A DNA stretch of 64,000 nt from Gemmatimonadota bacterium. GTDB taxonomy: Bacteria; Gemmatimonadota; Gemmatimonadetes; Longimicrobiales; Gaopeijiaceae. Positions within the stretch are counted from its first letter, which is position 1, and every line of letters starts with the position of its first letter. A program made the position numbers and the translations under genes. The stretch covers positions 1,664,001 to 1,728,000 of the forward strand of contig JAXHMG010000003.1 of assembly GCA_034521595.1 (NCBI GenBank), written 5' to 3'. The notes under the pieces were generated by a model. The model searched no databases, was not told the DNA's origin, and saw only the letters and a list, made by a program, of their open reading frames with translations. Positions 60,616 to 64,000 of this stretch are shown here, one piece after another.

Positions 60616-62064
60616 GTGAGCCCAGACGCCCCCGAGCAATACGTCCATCCGCTGTCCGGGCGCTACGCCTCCCCGGAGATGCAGCGCATCTTTTCTCCAA
60701 CCCGACGGTTCGGAACCTGGCGACGCCTCTGGCTCGCGTTGGCGGAAACCGAAGCCGAGCTCGGCCTCGATATCTCCGACGAGGCGCTCGCACAGATGCG
60801 CGCGGCGCTCGATGCGCTCGACCTGGACGCCGCGGCGGAGTACGAACGGCGCTTCCGCCACGACGTGATGGCGCACGTGCACCTCTTCGGCGATGACGCG
60901 CCGGCGGCTCGCGGCATCATCCATCTGGGCGCCACGAGCGCCTTCATCGGCGACAACACCGACCTGATTCTCTCCCGCGCCGCCATGGAGCTGGTGCGCA
61001 CCCGCCTGGTGCGCTGCGTCTCGGCCCTCGCGGCGTTCGCCGGAGAGCACGCCCATCTACCGACGCTCGGCTACACCCATTTCCAGCCGGCGCAACCGAC
61101 CACCGTCGGCAAGCGGGCGACGCTGTGGATTCAGGACCTCCTCCTCGACATCGAGGAGCTCGACCACAGGATCGAGTCGCTCCGCTTTCGCGGGGTGCGG
61201 GGGACGACCGGCACGCAGGCGTCCTTTCTGGAGCTGTTCGGTGGCGACCACGAAAAGGTCGACCGGCTCGACGACGCCGTGGGCCGGCGAATGGGCTTTG
61301 AGCGAAGCTATCCCGTGAGCGGCCAGACCTACCCGCGGAAGGTGGATTTCGCGGTCCAGGCGTCGTTGGCCGGGGTCGCTGCCTCCGTATCCAAGATCGG
61401 GCACGACCTCCGACTGCTCGCGCACCGGCGCGAGGTGGAAGAGCCGTTCGAAGCCGAGCAGATCGGTTCGTCGGCCATGCCCTACAAGCGCAACCCCATG
61501 CGTGCGGAGCGGATCTGCGCGCTGACCCGGCACGTCATCGTACTCGCTCAGGATCCGGCGTTCACGGCCGCCACGCAGTGGCTGGAGCGAACGCTGGACG
61601 ACTCCGCCAACCGCCGCGTGTCGACGCCGGATGCGTTCCTCGCGCTCGACGGGGCCCTCGTGCTGTTGGAAAACGTGTCCAGCGGCTTGATCGTGAATCC
61701 GGAGGTCGTGCGCCGAAACCTGGCCGAGCACCTTCCATTCATGGCCACCGAGACGATCCTCATGCACGCGGTCCGCCGAGGCGGAGACCGCCAGGAGCTG
61801 CACGAGCGCATCCGCCAGCACTCGATGGCGGCCGCGAGCCGGATGAAGGAAGAAGGAGCCGACGCGGACCTGCTCGAACGGATCGCCGACGACGAAGCGT
61901 TCGGATTGTCGATCGGTGAGCTGGCGGAGCTGGTGGACCCGACCCGCTTCGTGGGACGCGCGCCCCAGCAGGTGACGCGCTTTCTGGAACGGGAAGTCGC
62001 GCCGGTCCTCGAGCGCCTTGGCGCCGATGCCGAAGCCGTCTCCGACCCCGAGATCCATGTCTGA
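60616..62064 (+). CDS. purB: Adenylosuccinate lyase
   Basis: HDVMAH, HLGATS, THFQPAQ and GSSAMPYKRNP motifs. Confidence 0.96.
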   Translation: MSPDAPEQYVHPLSGRYASPEMQRIFSPTRRFGTWRRLWLALAETEAELGLDISDEALAQMRAALDALDLDAAAEYERRFRHDVMAHVHLFGDDAPAARGIIHLGATSAFIGDNTDLILSRAAMELVRTRLVRCVSALAAFAGEHAHLPTLGYTHFQPAQPTTVGKRATLWIQDLLLDIEELDHRIESLRFRGVRGTTGTQASFLELFGGDHEKVDRLDDAVGRRMGFERSYPVSGQTYPRKVDFAVQASLAGVAASVSKIGHDLRLLAHRREVEEPFEAEQIGSSAMPYKRNPMRAERICALTRHVIVLAQDPAFTAATQWLERTLDDSANRRVSTPDAFLALDGALVLLENVSSGLIVNPEVVRRNLAEHLPFMATETILMHAVRRGGDRQELHERIRQHSMAAASRMKEEGADADLLERIADDEAFGLSIGELAELVDPTRFVGRAPQQVTRFLEREVAPVLERLGADAEAVSDPEIHV

Positions 62065-63019
62065 GCCCACCCGCCGCCCCGACCCGCATCCCATGATTGA
62101 ATCCACGCTCGACCTCCCCCTGCTTCATCGGGGCAAGGTCCGCGACGTGTACGAAGTAGACGAGAACACACTGCTCATGGTGGCGAGCGACCGCGTCAGC
62201 GCCTTCGACGTGGTGATGCGTCAACCCATCCCCTACAAGGGTGAGGTGCTCACGCTGATCACTGCATGGTGGTTGGAGCAGCTCGAGCACGTCGTGCCGC
62301 ACCACCTCATCGCGGTGGATCCCGACCGGATCGTGGCCCGGCATCCCGATCTCGAAGCCACGCGCGGCGCCTGGAGCCGCCGCGCCATGCTCGTGCGTCG
62401 GACGGACCCGGTGCTCGTGGAGTGTGTGGTGCGCGGCTATATCGCGGGCTCGGCGTGGAAGGAATACCGTGAGGCGGGCACTCTCGCCGGTGAGCCACTC
62501 CCCGACGGGCTCCGGGAAAGCGAGCAGCTCGACGCTCCCATCTTCTCACCCGCGACCAAGGCCCAGGAGGGGCATGACGAGAACATCGCATTCGCCACGA
62601 TGTGCGATCTCATCGGGAGCGAGCCCGCGACCCACCTCCGGGACCTTTCACTGCGCATCTACGAGCACGGTCACGAAGTGGCCGGTGCCCGAGGCATCCT
62701 CCTCGCCGACACGAAACTGGAGTTCGGCCGCGACCCCTGGGGTCGGGTCTTGTTGATCGACGAGGTGCTCACGCCGGACTCGTCCCGCTTCTGGCCGAGC
62801 GAGCACTACGAGGTCGGTCGCGGCCAACCTTCGCTCGACAAGCAGCCCATTCGAGACTGGCTCGACGCGCTCCCGGATTGGGACAAGACGCCCCCCCCAC
62901 CCGACCTGCCGGAAGAGGTCGTGACCGCGGCGTCCAACCGATACCTGGAAGTATTCGAGCGGCTCGTCGGCGTGCCGTTGTCCGAGTACCGCATCCCCTC
63001 ATTCCACGAGGATCGATGA
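62057..63019 (+). CDS. purC: SAICAR synthase
   Basis: GKVRDVY, SDRVSAFD, DTKLEFG, DEVLTPDSSRFW and DKQ motifs. Start 62057 or 62093. Confidence 0.96.
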   Translation: MSEPTRRPDPHPMIESTLDLPLLHRGKVRDVYEVDENTLLMVASDRVSAFDVVMRQPIPYKGEVLTLITAWWLEQLEHVVPHHLIAVDPDRIVARHPDLEATRGAWSRRAMLVRRTDPVLVECVVRGYIAGSAWKEYREAGTLAGEPLPDGLRESEQLDAPIFSPATKAQEGHDENIAFATMCDLIGSEPATHLRDLSLRIYEHGHEVAGARGILLADTKLEFGRDPWGRVLLIDEVLTPDSSRFWPSEHYEVGRGQPSLDKQPIRDWLDALPDWDKTPPPPDLPEEVVTAASNRYLEVFERLVGVPLSEYRIPSFHEDR

Positions 63020-63909
63020 CGCCGGGAAAGCCACGACGAGAGACGCTCCAGCGGGGCGTCATCATCCTTCCGTCCGCATTCACGCTGGGGAATCTCTTCT
63101 TCGGGATCTACGCTCTCGTCGCCGCGTCGCGGGGGGACTACGTATGGGCCGGCTGGTTTATCGTGTTCGCAGGCACGCTCGACATGCTCGACGGAAGCGT
63201 CGCACGCTTCACGCGCACCGGCTCGAAGTTCGGGGCCGAGCTCGATTCGCTGGTCGACGCAATCTCGTTCGGGGTGGCGCCCGGGTTCATCATGTACCGC
63301 CTCTTCTTCACCGACACCCAGTGGAGCTGGATCCTTTCGTTCGTTTACGTGACCGCGGTGGTGATACGCCTGGCCCGGTTCAACGTGGAGCAGGACGGGG
63401 AGGCAAAGCGCATCTTCCACGGACTCCCCTCCCCGGCCGCGGGCGTCACGATCGCGGCGTTCTATCCGTTCAGCCAAACCCCTTGGTTCGAGACCCAACT
63501 CTCGCATCTTCCATGGCAACAGATCATGGGCGTGGGCATGGTCCTGATCGGCGTGCTCATGGTGAGCCACGTTCCGTACGCCAAGGTTCCGAAGATCGGC
63601 CTCCGCTCGGCGCGGGGAATCTCCACGACCGTGCTCGTCCTCGGATCTCTATTCACGGCGCTCGCGGCGCCACGATATTTCTTTTTCGCGGCGGGTCTCC
63701 TCTACATCACGTGGGGCCTCGTCCGCTCGGTGCTCCTAGGGCTCCTCGATCGCCTCCCGGGCGGGGACCCACTCCTCGACACGGACGACGAGGATGAGGA
63801 CGGCAGTACTCGGGGGCGGAGCCTCGACTACGCGGATCTCGGTCCGGGTAGCCGAGGAAGAACAAACTACGAAGACGATTCCGACCCCGATCCGGAGGAT
63901 CGATTTTGA
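63016..63909 (+). CDS. pssA: CDP-diacylglycerol--serine O-phosphatidyltransferase
   Basis: DG..AR..S.FG.ELDSL.D CDP-alcohol motif, RLARFN and F.GLPSP. Confidence 0.9.
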   Translation: MTPGKPRRETLQRGVIILPSAFTLGNLFFGIYALVAASRGDYVWAGWFIVFAGTLDMLDGSVARFTRTGSKFGAELDSLVDAISFGVAPGFIMYRLFFTDTQWSWILSFVYVTAVVIRLARFNVEQDGEAKRIFHGLPSPAAGVTIAAFYPFSQTPWFETQLSHLPWQQIMGVGMVLIGVLMVSHVPYAKVPKIGLRSARGISTTVLVLGSLFTALAAPRYFFFAAGLLYITWGLVRSVLLGLLDRLPGGDPLLDTDDEDEDGSTRGRSLDYADLGPGSRGRTNYEDDSDPDPEDRF

Positions 63910-64000
63910 GCCATTTTCGAGTGGAAGTCCTCGTCATCCCACGGCCCGGCCTCCTGGACCCGCAAGGGAAGGCGGTCCACCACGCCCTGCACTCCCTGGG
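63906..64000 (+). CDS. purS: FGAM synthase subunit PurS, 3'-truncated by the window edge
   Basis: Not in the ORF track. TTG start overlapping the pssA stop; translates MSHFRVEVLVIPRPGLLDPQGKAVHHALHSL with the DPQG signature. Confidence 0.9.
   Translation, partial: MSHFRVEVLVIPRPGLLDPQGKAVHHALHSL

Overview
High-GC, gene-dense chromosomal segment, mostly core genome. Gene content and style suggest Gemmatimonadota (inference, no database search was run). It holds about 57 CDS and one tRNA-Leu(CAA); no CRISPR array, transposase, integrase, prophage or rRNA was recognised. Blocks in order: dnaE2 (5'-truncated) with small accessory genes and peptidases; gltA/tRNA-Leu divergent from acnA; a nfeD-floA-yqfB-like operon; a paa/box-like beta-oxidation module ending in a chorismate mutase; slt, rpmA, rplU and rng; a long minus-strand B12/branched-chain acyl-CoA cluster (meaB, mutase, TonB receptor, B12-binding subunit, carboxyltransferase, two AtuA-family genes, crotonase, recQ, acyl-CoA dehydrogenase); aspS-phoH-pgpH-ybeY-mgtE-ABC1 kinase; rlmN, lepB, yqeK and rqcH; a trp operon interrupted twice; and truA-fsa-degP-purB-purC-pssA-purS. 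Best leads: (1) a translationally coupled HEAT-repeat + HD-GYP pair between trpB and trpA whose two proteins share a homologous, unnamed N-terminal domain; (2) the B12 mutase carries isobutyryl-CoA-mutase-type (Phe/Gln) rather than methylmalonyl-CoA-type (Tyr/Arg) specificity residues and sits with AtuA genes and a TonB receptor; (3) lexA lies antisense inside the trp operon, with a candidate direct-repeat SOS box in the 60 bp it shares with trpC. All functional calls come from motif recognition by eye, and start codons were chosen from RBS and overlap logic.
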